A stretch of DNA of 56,029 bases from positions 868,001 to 924,029 of the forward strand of contig QPGO01000010.1 in the NCBI GenBank assembly GCA_008632985.1. Reading direction: 5' to 3'. Shown here in pieces: positions 23,111-34,934 of this stretch (positions within the stretch are counted from its first letter, which is position 1; every line of letters begins with the position of its first letter). Source of the DNA: Psammoneis japonica (taxonomy: Eukaryota). The notes beneath the pieces were generated by a model. It was given only the letters and a program-made list of their open reading frames with translations, was not told the origin of the DNA and did not search any database. Both the position numbers and the translations under genes were made by a program.

Positions 23111-26100
23111 TCCAGCTGTGCAGGCAGTTCTTTACAAAACCTGCAGGGTTTGTGCTGGAACTTGTGTGGAATTTGATGAGGGTGCAGCTCCATTGTGACG
23201 AGGACAAGTGGAAATGCACAGTCCACTTTAGCACATGTTAGACAAGGATGCCTGAGGAGGAATCCTCTTCATTTCCTTCATTCCAGTCAAATGCTCCTGA
23301 TTTGGCATGCCGCGCCACAAGAAAAGGCCATGCACATCACACTTTGATGCATCTTGCCATGGCACACATCATGGGGCAGATGTGTTTTTCATGGGTGATC
23401 TCTTTCCATCATTGTCGTGAAGAGGTTGATGCATTGGTTTGGTCTCCTGGGGTGCTTTGGTTGCTGCGCATGCTGCAAATGGTTGCATGCCTTGACTCGC
23501 AACTCAAATGCGGCACAGTGCGGGTGACATCTGAATGGTCGACAACTTTGCCGCAGTGAGCTCTTTCTACATTTTCTCATTTTATGCCAGTTGAATGCTC
23601 ACCAAAGGTTGTTGTTGCATTTTGTCACAGCTTGCAAGGTTGATTGATTGTCTTGTGCGGTTGATTGTCGCTTCTGCAACATTGGCAACTTTTTCACCGC
23701 GTTTGCACCACCAAAGTGCATCCGTTTGGGAGCTTTGTGCTTCATCCCACTGCACATCCTGTGGTGCAACCATTGTTGACATTAAGATGGACTTGTGATG
23801 CACTTGACATCCTTCTTGGGGTTTTGGTTGGTGCACAACAATGGCACGTCATTTTTTGGGCATCACAATTTTCTGAAAAGTGCACGCCGATTGGAACAAA
23901 ATGACGTGATGGAGCCTCGGGGATGCTCCTGACGTTGGTGTTTGTCGTGCAGTTTTGTCATTGTCCAAAGAAGACAAACCAGTGAGTGTGTTGCAGTCAA
24001 CTGGCTTTTTGACCCTTTTTGACAAAATTTGCATGCCTCACAAGCCTCTTTTTGTGAGTCTGGTCAATGTGCACAGGTGTCTGGTCTACAGCGGCCCCTT
24101 TCTTCCTGCTCTGCAATGGTGTCATCTTTGCTGTCTTCATGTTGCTTGTGCTGTCCATGTTGTTTTGGGAGAACTTGGCAGTGTGCCTTCCAGTCTGGGC
24201 TTTGCACTTGGTAAAATGGAGAAAGGGAGGAGGGAGAATGGTTTTGCTGGTCTCCTCATGAATGCAACGAACCGCTGGTGACACTTGGGGCCATGAAATT
24301 TGGCCGGGTGACTCACAAGTCTTTTGACATCATTTGTTGATTTGGGAAATTTGGTTTCTGAAACTTTCAGTCTGGAGAGGAAATGGATGGAATGGTGTGG
24401 GACCTGCTGAAGATTTGTGGCAGAGCACTTGGCAGGCATGCTGCTGTGCATTGACTGTGGAGTTAGTCAGCTGTGGGGGTGTGCTTTTCTGCATTTTCTG
24501 TGAGCAATGAAGCAGCAGATGTTGTGTTTAGACAGCCCATGGCGTGTCACTGTTCTTTAGAGTGTTTGCTCCACCGGCACTGGAGAGCAGATCAAGAGCT
24601 GCGGCGCCAATCATCTGGTCATTGTGCACGCACATTGAACGCATTGCAGAGCCTGCAAATCTTCTCTCTCCTCCTCCTCCTTTTCTCTTTTTTTTTTTCT
24701 TCACAAACTTGGAGCTGCCAGGAGCCACCTGCATGACCAGACATGTGCCAATTTCTGGCAATCATCCAGCTGTGCAGGCAGCTCTTTACAAAACCTGTGG
24801 GGCTCATGCTGGAACTTGTGTGGGATTTGACAAGGGTGCTGTTCCATTTTGACGAGGACAAGCAGAAATGCATGGTCCACTTTAGCACATGTTTGACAAG
24901 GATGCCTGAGGAGGAATCCTCTTCATTTCCTTTGTTCCACTCAAATGCTCCTGATTTGGCATGCCGCACCACAAGAAATGGCCACACACATCACATTTTG
25001 ATGCATCTTGCCATGGCACACATCATGGGGCAGACGTGTTTTTCATGAGTGATCTCTTTCTGTCATTGTCACAAAGAGGCTGGTTGGTTTGGTCTCCTGG
25101 GGTGCTTTGGTTGCTGCACAACATGCTGCAAATGGTTGCGTGCCTCGACTCGCAACTCAAAAATGCAGTGCGGTGTGGGCAACATCTGAATGGTCGACAA
25201 CATTCCCATGGCAAGTTCTTTCTACATTTGCTCATTTCATGCCATTTGAATGCTCGCTGAAGATTGTCACTGCATTTTGTCACAGCTTGTGAGGTCGATT
25301 GATTGTCTTGTGCGGCCGATTGTCACTTCTGCAACATTGGCAACTTTTTCACATTGTTTGCACCACCAAAGCGCATCTGTGTGTGGGAGCCTTGTGCTTC
25401 ATCCCACTGCACATCCTGTGGTGCAACTGTCTTTGACATCAAGACAGGCTTGTGATGCACTTGATGTCCTTCTTGGGGTCTTGGTTGGCACACAATGATG
25501 GCATGTCATTTTTTGGGCATCACAATGTGCGTGCACGCCGATTGGAACAAAATGACGTGATGGAGCCTCGGGGACACTCCTGATGTTGGTGTTTGTCATG
25601 CAGTCTTGTCATTGTCCAAAGAAGACAAACCAGCAAGTGTGCTGCAATCAGCTGGCTTTTTGACCCTTTTTGTCAAAATTTGCATGCCTCATGAGCCTTT
25701 TTTGTGAGTCTGGTTGATGTGCGCAGGTGTCTGGTCTACAGTGGCCCTTTCTTCCTGCTCTGCAATGGTGTCATCTTCGCTGTCTGTCATGTTTTGCTGT
25801 CCATGTTATTTTGGGAGAATTTGGCAGTGTGCCTTCCAGTCTGGGCTTTGCACTTGGTAAAATGGAGAAAGGGAGGAGGGAGGATGGTTTGGCCAGTCTC
25901 CTTGCAAATGCAACAAACTGCTGGTGACACTTGGGGCCATAAAATTTGGCCGGGTGACTCACAAGTCTTTTGACATTGTTTGTTGATTTGGGAAATTGGT
26001 CTCTGAAATTTCAGTCTAGAGGGGAAATGGACAGAACAGTGTGGGACCTGCTGAAGATTTGTGGCAAAGCATTTGGTGGGCATGCTGTTGCATGTCGACT

Positions 26101-26389
26101 GTGGAGTTAGTCAGCTGTGGGTGTGTGCTTTTTCTGCATTTTTCATGAGCAGCAAAGCAGCAGACATTGCATTTAGATGGCCCATGGCACGTCACTGTTC
26201 TTTAGACTGTTTGCTCTGCTGGCACTGGAGAGCAGATCAAGAGCTGCAGCGCCAATCATCTGGTCATCGTGCATGTGCATTGAACACATTGCAGAGCCTG
26301 TGAATCTTCTCTCTCCTCCTCTTTTTCCTCTGCTTTTTTTTTCACAAACTTGGAGCCACCTGCATGACCAGACACATGCCAAATTTCTG
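23111..26389. repeat. Older diverged tandem duplication, 2 x ~1.65 kb (units start at 23111 and 24765; copy B 48611-51887)
   Basis: Both units run from TCCAGCTGTGCAGGCAG.TCTTTACAAAACCTG to GGAGCCACCTGCATGACCAGACA, with many transition differences. Confidence 0.92.
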
Positions 26390-27200
26390 ATGTGCAGGGA
26401 GGAGCTGATTGAAAAATTGCAGTGTTGCCCATGTTGTGCTGCCGGTGCTCCTGGTGTTCCATTTTGTTGTTGTGTCCATGCCTCATTGCTGTCATCTCTT
26501 CACAAGACCTGTTTCATCAACTGTCTTTGCCACATGTGCCACATGTGACCGTGTGTTGTGCCACCCAGGTGCTTCCTCTGGCAAGCAATGGATGTCCATG
26601 GGGAAACACCATGTTGTTCTTTTTGGGCCATGTGGTGCAGTGCTGCTTCTGCACAATGATGATTGCACTCACAACCTGGTTCAATTTCAACATGGATCTT
26701 CACATCATGGTGGAATGCCGTGGTTCGCGACAAGAATGACAGCAAGAATTTGGCTGCTGACTGCCCAAAACCACTCATTTCAACAACAATGCACCATGTG
26801 CTGGTTCTCCATCATCCCCTGAGATCGACAGTGCCATGACACAGGTCCTCACTCCACCATTGCCGTCAAGCCAAAGCACGCAAAACGAAAAAGACGATCT
26901 TCCATCAACAATGCAGACGCAAAAACAGGCCAAACAATGTCATTTCTACACCATGCACAATTGCTTGTGGGTTGATTGATGAGTTGGAGGCCTGTCAGGG
27001 TGGTGGCAATGTGTTGCCATGTCAGCAGCGGTGGCATTTTGGTCATTGTGGTGTGTTTTGTGCCCATTTGTGTGAACTCTGTGACGGTGTGCATTCCGAC
27101 CGCACAAACAAAAAACATGTGGAAGCAGTGCCATTTTGTGTGGCCCAAAAAGAACAACATGGTGTTTCCCCGTGGACATTTGTCACTTGCTGGAGGGAGC

Positions 27201-29790
27201 ATGGGAGTCGCCTCAGCAGGGAAACTCTTGCATCATCTGGAGAAAGTCTCTCTTGACAAGAATCTCACCTGCGTTCTCTGTTTTGGGGCACGTCAGGTTG
27301 GTTGCAGTGTCTCCATCATTGCTTTTGATGCAAACTGGCTCTCCCAAAAGCTGCCATTAAAAAAGAAGGGTCCCATGTCATGAGTTGTTGATCTCATCAA
27401 GACAAGTTTCTTCTGATTGAAATCCATGCAATCGCTGTTGCTGATGGCATGAAGCATCACCATTCAAAGAAAGCAACCCCCAAAAAAATTGCCAAGACTG
27501 AACAAGCCAAGCTTGACTGTCCAGTGCTTTGAAAGAAAATTTTTGAGAAAGCAGAGTGGACTCATCCACCGTCTGTTGCTCTGCAAGAGCTCTCTGAGTT
27601 GAAGAAAGAGATGACATGTCTTGAAAAGAAGGTGACTGCAAAAGAGAGCTGCGCTCAAGAAGAGATTCCTTTGGATTTTGTCAACAACTTGGAGTTTGAG
27701 GTCAACAAGCTCAATGAGGACAGCAAGATTTAAGCACATGCCAAGCCATTGGCAGCAAACACACAGGTGGATTGTGTCATTTGCAAGCAGGCTGCATGCC
27801 AAGAGATTGATGGCGCCATCGCAAATGGCTCGGATTTTTGTGTTGCAGCCAGGAAGGACATGTTGCTCATCAAGAATTTCACGTTTGGGCACAGAAAGGG
27901 TTTGTCAGCTCTTCAGAACATGATGTTGGCAGCTTCAGTGGAATCTGTCTTGGCGGATGCAGTTCAAGATGGCATTGGGAAGGACAACACGAGTTGCACC
28001 ACAAAATCCAAAACACCACTTTTCCAAAAGGAAGACCCAATGATGAGGGCAATGATTGCTGTTGAAATTGGGTGCAACACTCTGCCTGGCGGGGTCCCAA
28101 GTGTTGGCACCAAAAGCATTGAAGAGTTCTTCAGTGCCAAGCCCAACGCGTCTGTGGATGATCTTGCGTTGCACTGCGAGAGCAAGTCATCCATGAACCC
28201 AACTGTGCTTTGTGCATTTGGTTTGGCCATGATCTGTGAGCCTGGCAACACATGTGATGAGCCGGTGTTGCAAAAGACACACTCATTCATGGCCCTCCAA
28301 CAGCTCTCCTGGATCATCTTAGAAAGTTTGCTGCTGGGACAGACATTGTGGTAGATGATTCTGTTGGCAGAAGTGACTGCTGCAGTTGTTGTGGCATTGG
28401 TCATGTGTTTGCCACCAGCAAGGACTTCAAATTGTGTTTGGAATGCAAGTCAACACTTTGCAAGCTTTGTGTCATGGATGCAAAGGAGGCAGACTCTGCA
28501 AGAGTCAATGTGCCACACTGCATCTCATGTCTGAGTGCTGCTGTGGGTGTTGACACCAAGGCGGAAGAGTCTCAGATGTCAACATCTAGGATGCATGAGG
28601 AACTTCTGTCTGCAAATGTGCGCGACATTGCCAACCTGTCCATCAATGAAGTGGAAGAGCTGCATGATGCAACAGTCAATGGAAAACACAATGAGATTGA
28701 TGGTTTGGATGACACTCAGTTTCCGGAGTGGCCTTCAAGTGAGACAAACAATTCATTGCATCTTCTAAAGAAAGTGCCACTAGATTTTGGTGATGGAGCA
28801 CTGTTCCTTCAAGCTGAGGAACTGGAGGACAAAGAGATCTGCAGTGTGGTTTGCATTCTCTCTGAGCTTTTGAAGTTCTCTGGCTTGCTGGACAAGAGCA
28901 AAAGCATGCATGAGCAAGCTGTTCCTGACATTGTTGCTCATTTTGCTCGAGAATCAAGATGAGACAGTGGTGAGCAGCTGATGAAGCACACAAATTGGCA
29001 CACTGCTGATCCTTGGTCTCAATCACTCGTGACAGCAACGGGTGCCATTTGTTGTGATTGCAACCTTGATGTGGCCTGCACTCTCATTGATGGAATGGCG
29101 TGGGCATCTGTGAAGGATGAGACACATGAAACAAGAGTGCACTTTTCTGCTGAAAGGCTCATTTGCTGCAGCTGCACATGCAAAGCTGGTTCACAGGGAT
29201 TGGAGAAGGTCATCTGTGTTCATGCTCTCTCCATCAAACAGAAATTGTGTCATTTGCTTGTTGATGGTCCAGCTGAACATGCGGTGTGTGAGTTGTCCAC
29301 TTGGTGGCAGGCGCCCAGTCCAGCTCTTAATGCACAAGTGGCAACTGATCTTCAAACTGACATTCTTTACCTGCTCAGCGTGGTTGATGCCTCCAAATGG
29401 ACTGGCTTGGCAGATGATGTTGCTGTTGGCACCATCTTGTCAAAACACTCCGTCAGAACTGAGAATGCAAAAGCACCGCCCATGCTGCTTCCAGTCAACA
29501 CCGCATTCCAGCCACTCCACACCTGCCTTTTTCAAAATCTGGCACAGAAATTCATCAATGAGATCAAGGGTGCAATGGATGCTGTTCATTCAGTTGATCA
29601 ATCTGCTTCTGTTTCTGCAGACCCATGCAATGCTTCCACTGAAGCTCCAGACTGCAAGCACATCATTGCTGTGAAACTAACTTTGTGCAACATTCTTGAG
29701 CGGCATGAGAAAGCAGGCAACTTCCTCAACTCCAGTTCAAAAAAGAAAACAGCTGACTGCATTGGCAACCACCTGTCTGCCTTTTGAGCA
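27201..29790 (+). pseudogene. Degenerate XPG/FEN1-like nuclease + Cys-rich (PHD-like) finger + SWIM zinc-finger protein
   Basis: Motifs in the expected order: MGV (27201), IIAFDANWL, IAVADG...HSKKAT, QVDCVI...EIDGAIANGSDF, IGCNTLPGGVPSVGTKS (H3TH-like), C..C...LC..C, and ASVKDETH...CSCTCKAG....ICVH (SWIM). Several stops and frameshifts. Confidence 0.75.
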
Positions 29791-30002
29791 TCAACTGGGG
29801 CCCCCAAACTTGTGACCAGGGACAGTGTCCAAATGTGCAACAAGCTGTCAATGGCATTGTTGGACGTGTGCAAAAGAGGATGTGTGGACCAGAATCCTGT
29901 GATTTGCAAGGTCAACTCACATGCCAGTAAAAAGACTGCCACAGAAAATGATGCAGATTCAATTGATGTGCAACACGAATCCAAACCGCTGGCCAAGAAG
30001 CA

Positions 30003-30430
30003 ATGGAAAAGTGTGGCTGGTTGGGAACTGATGAGCTGTTTCCTGGTGCAATGTCTGACTCTGATTGTTTCAATGAAACAGGAGTGTTGGAAGTGCAGCG
30101 TCAGTTTCAAGAGTGCAGTGGCAGGGTGCCGTTCACCCTCATCCTTGACTGTGGCCATCGATCGACTTGGGCGGCGCGGCACAATGTCCAGTTTGTGCTG
30201 CAAGCAACATTTGCACAGAGTGACAAGAAGTTCTCCACCGTTGATGTGCTGAGAGCTGCAAGTGTTGCTGCTGATCCTTCTGGAAATGAACAGGCTGTGC
30301 GTGTTGGAAAAATGTCATCATTCGTGAAGCGAGGAATGGAGACGCACAAGAATGTTGTGCGATTGTGCAACGCCTGGCTTGCGCGGAGCTTCCAAGCCAA
30401 CTTCATGTTCAAACCAGTGTTGCAGCTGTG
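30003..30430 (+). mobile_element. C-terminal part of a PIF/Harbinger/ISL2EU-type (DDE_Tnp_4-like) transposase
   Basis: GWLG..LFPGAMSDSDCF, ILDCGHR (D-x-G-Y), KKFST.DVLRAASVAADPSGNEQAVR (A..R...E). Confidence 0.75.
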
Positions 30431-33400
30431 GTTGACAACACTGCACTCAGAATTGGAGCTTGGTGGGCTGCCACCTGAAGCTGTGCTGGGCATGCCACAC
30501 AGTTCAGGGCTGTGGCTGCTGGGTGATCTTGCATTGTTGTGTGAGTTGGCGCTGGCTGGGCACACCAGCTTTGGTGGAGTTGGGCTGGTTGCTGACTTTG
30601 TCACAGGAGGAAGACTTGGATTGCATGGACTCAATTTGGGAACAAGATGAGTCACCAGAGGCAGAGCAGATGTGCCAGTCCAATTTGGTGCAGCCAAAGG
30701 TGCTGGGCTTTGCATGGGTTGGATGTGGGAAAGCCTGTGGGTGGGAGTCAGCTGTGTGACTGTTGAATGTCGGTGACAGGAGAAGGTCTTTGCTGCAGAG
30801 AGCTGCTTTGACTGCAGCTTGCGCAGTGCAAGGCTGCTGCTCAGAGCCATGCTGAGCATGTCACTCAGTGCAGGACCACATCTGCTTGGCAGTCTGGCCA
30901 CAGTGTGAGACAGCAGTTTGGCATCACCAGCGCTGGTGGCAGAGTTGGATTGGGCATCAGATCTGGCACAGGAGGAGGAGTTCTTGGCCATGGACTCAGA
31001 GTGGGGTCAAGAGGAGAGCAGGTGGGCACACAGAAGGTGTTGCAGCTTTTTGGCTTGGTTTGGTTTTGTCCATTTGGGGATTCCCCAAAATGGGCAGGGT
31101 GAGGGGAGTCACTTTGCCCTTTTGGGGAAAACCTGGGAAATGAGGGCAATTTGGCAGGAAGGAATGCCTGAAAGGGCTCAGGGGAGGGGAACAAAAACAA
31201 GTGGAGTGCAGCAATGTGCAATGACCACAGTTGGGCGGGTGTGCTTTCATCCCCACAACCATCCATCGTGGGCAACAACCACAACTGATTTGTCAACACA
31301 TTGGCACAAAGCGGCCCCTTGTGGCAGAGTGAGAAAAGAACAAACTTTGTCATTCAATCATCAATGTTAATGTTGCTCATGCACAGCTCTGTTTTTGCCT
31401 TGGCCTTTGCTCTGGAGCCCTTGTTGTTTGCATTTGTGACCACATGACTCAAGAAGGAAAAAATGATCCACTGCGTTCTGCACATGAGATGGGTCAAAGG
31501 GAAGAACAAGCACAACAATTCAATCTGCCACATTTTTGTTGGCCATGTGCAGCTCTGCTTTTGCCTCGTCCTTTGCTCTGCATGCCCCATGGCTTGCATT
31601 TGTGACTGCACGACCCTGCCGGCAGAGTGATTTGAGCAATCCACTTGACTCCAAACACAAGATGCATCAATTGGAAGAATGAGGCAGACTGTTCAATCTG
31701 CCATGCCATCATCATTGGCCATGCATGGTTCCACTTTTGCACTGGCCTTTGCCATGTGCCTCATTGCTTGCATTTGTGGCTGCATGACAAAAGAACAACC
31801 GCTGATGTCTGACGATCAATTGCACTGGCATTTTGCACATGAGCAACCACATTTTATCTTGTGTTTGATGCTGCAGATCCCATTCAATTGACATTGTTGA
31901 ATGCATTGAACGATGTCATGATTGATCAACAAAAGCCATCACAAATGGGGTGCGAGCACGCCATGGCGTGTTGCCCATTTTTGTTGCGGTTGGTCAACTG
32001 TCTGGCTGCATGCGTCCCAGCACACAAAAGGCATGGAAATGTATGAGAGGGGAAGCACAGGGAACTGCCAATGCACAATTTTTTATCTGTGAGTTGAGCA
32101 CATGTGTGATGAAGCATGGTTTGTGGCGGTTCCCCTGGAGTTCACACTTCCTGCAGAAAAACAGGGTGAAAGGTGGCAGCCCCAGGGGATTTGGGGGAAT
32201 CCTGCGGCAAAACCAAACCAAGGTTTTTGGGAATTGTTTGATTTGGTTGACAGTGTGCATGGATGAAGGTGCATCACATGGTGTGGGGAACTTGGGGTTG
32301 CAAAGGGAGAAGGGCAGCATCAAAGGCACAAGAGATGGAACACCGCTTGCTCCTGCTGAAGTCACAGTGCATGGAACCAAACTTGGCACTGCAGAGAGAG
32401 CAGACAAAGCAATGTCAAAGGGAAGGAAAAATGAAAGTGCTTTCAAAATTGCCCTGAAGGCGATGCAGATCACCAGGTGGATGGTCAGTCTTGTTGGACT
32501 TTGTGTGGCCACAGGCAGCCAGTGGCTGAGGAGTTGGGCTGGGCATTGGATCAGGCAGAGGAGAGGAAAACTTGGCTGCAGACTCAGACCAGATGCAGGA
32601 GGAGATGAAGGAGGCAAAGGGGTGGGCATGTGTCAATCCAATTTGAAGCTGGCAAAGGCTTTGGGTGGTCTGGTGCAGGAACGGGTTTGGGCAGCTCTGC
32701 TGGCTCTGGAGTTAGCCACAACATCAGATCAGGGGCAGGATGAGTGCCTGAGGTTTTCACTTCAGAGCTGCACCTGGGCACTGGGCTGCCACCTCTTGGG
32801 TTGCACCAGTTGTGTCATTTGGCACATGGGGTTGTGCACAACTTGGTGCAGCCTTGTTGCATCACCCAAATTTTCCACACGAGTTGTTTTCTGAAGTGCT
32901 GTCACATCATTTGGCACCTCCACTGCCTTGCTGTCTGCTGATGACACATTGTCCTCCTCAAAAGAATGGAGGAGTTTTCATCATGTGGGCCAGAACTTCA
33001 GCAAACCCTTGTGGTCAAGGGGCGTGCAAAAGAGGAGGACACTGTGCAGCCACACACTCATGTGCAGACCTTCCAGTCAATGAGTTTGACATTTTTTCAG
33101 CAACTGCCTCGTTGACATGATCTTGACACAAAGGGCATCACAACGGGAAGAAAAAATGAGCACTGTTGGCTGCTGCTGGGTGAATGACCAAAAACAGTTG
33201 TGCGCAATTTTCCACGGGGCTTGAGTCCTGCCACTTCAGCAGTTTTTCATCTTTTGCCAAAGCAACATGGCTCAAACCCCACAGAAATCATGTGGGGTGG
33301 ACAACACTGCCCACAAAATTGGGGATTGTGATGCTTGTTGTGCGCGAGTCATGGCAGTCATTGGCACTGGCACTCACCACCAGCTTGCTGAGATCCGCTG

Positions 33401-33508
33401 GCTGAGTGTGTCAACAAGGCTTGCCAGCCAACATTTTTGCAAAATTTGCTTGTTTTTGTGCAGGTGCACTGTCCAAGCAATGGCGCTGGGAGTGTGCAGG
33501 AGAGCTGA

Positions 33509-33853
33509 GGGCACCCAAGTTTTGCCCCAAAGGTGGGTGCCCAAGTTTCACCCCAAAGGGGGTGCCCAAGTTCACTCTAAAGCTGGGCTGTGCCCAAGTT
33601 TTGTTCCAAAGCTGGGCACCCAAGTTTTGCCCCAAAGTTGGGCACCCGCACAGGTTTTTCCCAAAAGTTGGGTTCCCCAGTCTCCCTCCCCCCTTCCCAA
33701 AGTTGTGCACCCAAGTTTCGCCCAAAGGTTGGCTCCCAAATTTGCCTCAAAGCTGGGTGCCCAAGTTTTGCCCTGAAGCTGGGCACCTCCAAGTTTTGCC
33801 CCAAAGTTGGGTGCCCAACTTTTGTCACCAAGTTGGGCTTCTTGGTGCACCCA
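33509..33853. repeat. ~26-bp degenerate minisatellite GGG(CA/TG)CCCAAGTTT(TG/CA)CCCCAAAG(T/C)T
   Basis: About a dozen recognisable head-to-tail units. Confidence 0.9.
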
Positions 33854-34824
33854 AACACAAGCCAGCTTGCCAGCAATGGGCAGCAGCTCTCAAGTGCTCA
33901 TGGGGCCAGCATGGGCTGACTTTGACTTTGGAGATGTTGTGCAGATCAGCAACAAGGGGCAACAAGCAAGTTCAAAAATGAACAAGAGCAGCTGCTCAAG
34001 GTTGCCAGCAGCACTGATGCTGACACAAGATGCTCTTTCTCAAGAGAAATTGTGGGTGCAAACCAAGCAAAGATCAAACAGTCATTTTGTGAGGAGAAAC
34101 AATGGATTTTTTGAATCCAGCCATCTGGGTGACACAGACAGTGATGTCATCAAGAACGACCACAACTGCGGCACAAAGACTGCCCAAAACCTGTCTTGTC
34201 GCTGCTCAAGGATCGAGCAGTTGACAAAGCAGCAATGTGGGGTGATGTCAGCTCACCCTTTGGACTGCCCTGTGGTGTGCATCAGTTGTGCCACCAGCAC
34301 CAGTCAGTGGGGCCACAAGTGCTGGGGGTGCAAACAAACTGTGATGAGGCTGCACTCATCATGCATGGAGGCTCACCTTCAAACATGAAGCGGCGCTTGT
34401 CCAAACTTGCTCTTTTGCGTTGTTGCTGCCTGCAAAGAAGGAGCTGAAGCTGCTCCAAAGCTGCTGGAAGAGGAGCTCAAGTGGTGCCATCTGGGCTTCA
34501 CAGCGCTTGTCTCAACTTGTTTTTGGAGCAGATGCTGCACTCAGGTGCCATGTTTAAAACAGCGGCCATGTGCTGTGACTCTGCTCCAGAGGTTTTGTTG
34601 GCAAGGGTTCTGTGATTTGCAACTTGCGACAAGAGAAAAAGAGGTGTGTGTCTGTTGCTCTCTTCTTTGTTTTGTCCAACACCATGCCACAGTCCATCAA
34701 AAAATTTCATCCACGAAGTTGAACATCTTTCATGCGTCGTTCATTGTTTGAGTCACCCGGCTGTGTCTTTCAGTGCAGCAGAAGTGCGCAAGGCCTGCAG
34801 TCTGCCGCACCGCACAGCACAGCA

Positions 34825-34934
34825 CCGCATGAAAAAACAGCAGCCGACCATGGACAAAACAATGACACCATGATGTGATTGACTGACAGAAACCGACAAG
34901 AGCACATTGTCAGTGACACACAGCAAATTTTATG
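34825..34934 (+). repeat. Extra ~110-bp diverged copy of the duplication's first sequence, located at the junction
   Basis: CCGCATGAAAAAACAGCAGCCGACCATGGAC...AAATTTTATG directly precedes the full copy at 34954. Confidence 0.9.

Larger units (their letters stand above)
9446..30530 (+). repeat. Segmental duplication, copy A (at least 21 kb)
   Basis: Near-identical to 34954-56029 at an offset of ~25.5 kb. The shared sequence starts at CCGCATGAAAAAACAGCAGCCG. Confidence 0.97.

Noticed and set aside
31950..32894. 314-aa ORF, plus the 363-aa ORF at 47607-48698 and similar Cys/His-rich ORFs
   Set aside because: They are nearly Tyr-free and open in several frames because stops were lost. The 363-aa ORF is broken in the other copy.
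33509..33853. Possible CRISPR array
   Set aside because: Head-to-tail degenerate units with no unique spacers, no cas genes, and a eukaryotic context.
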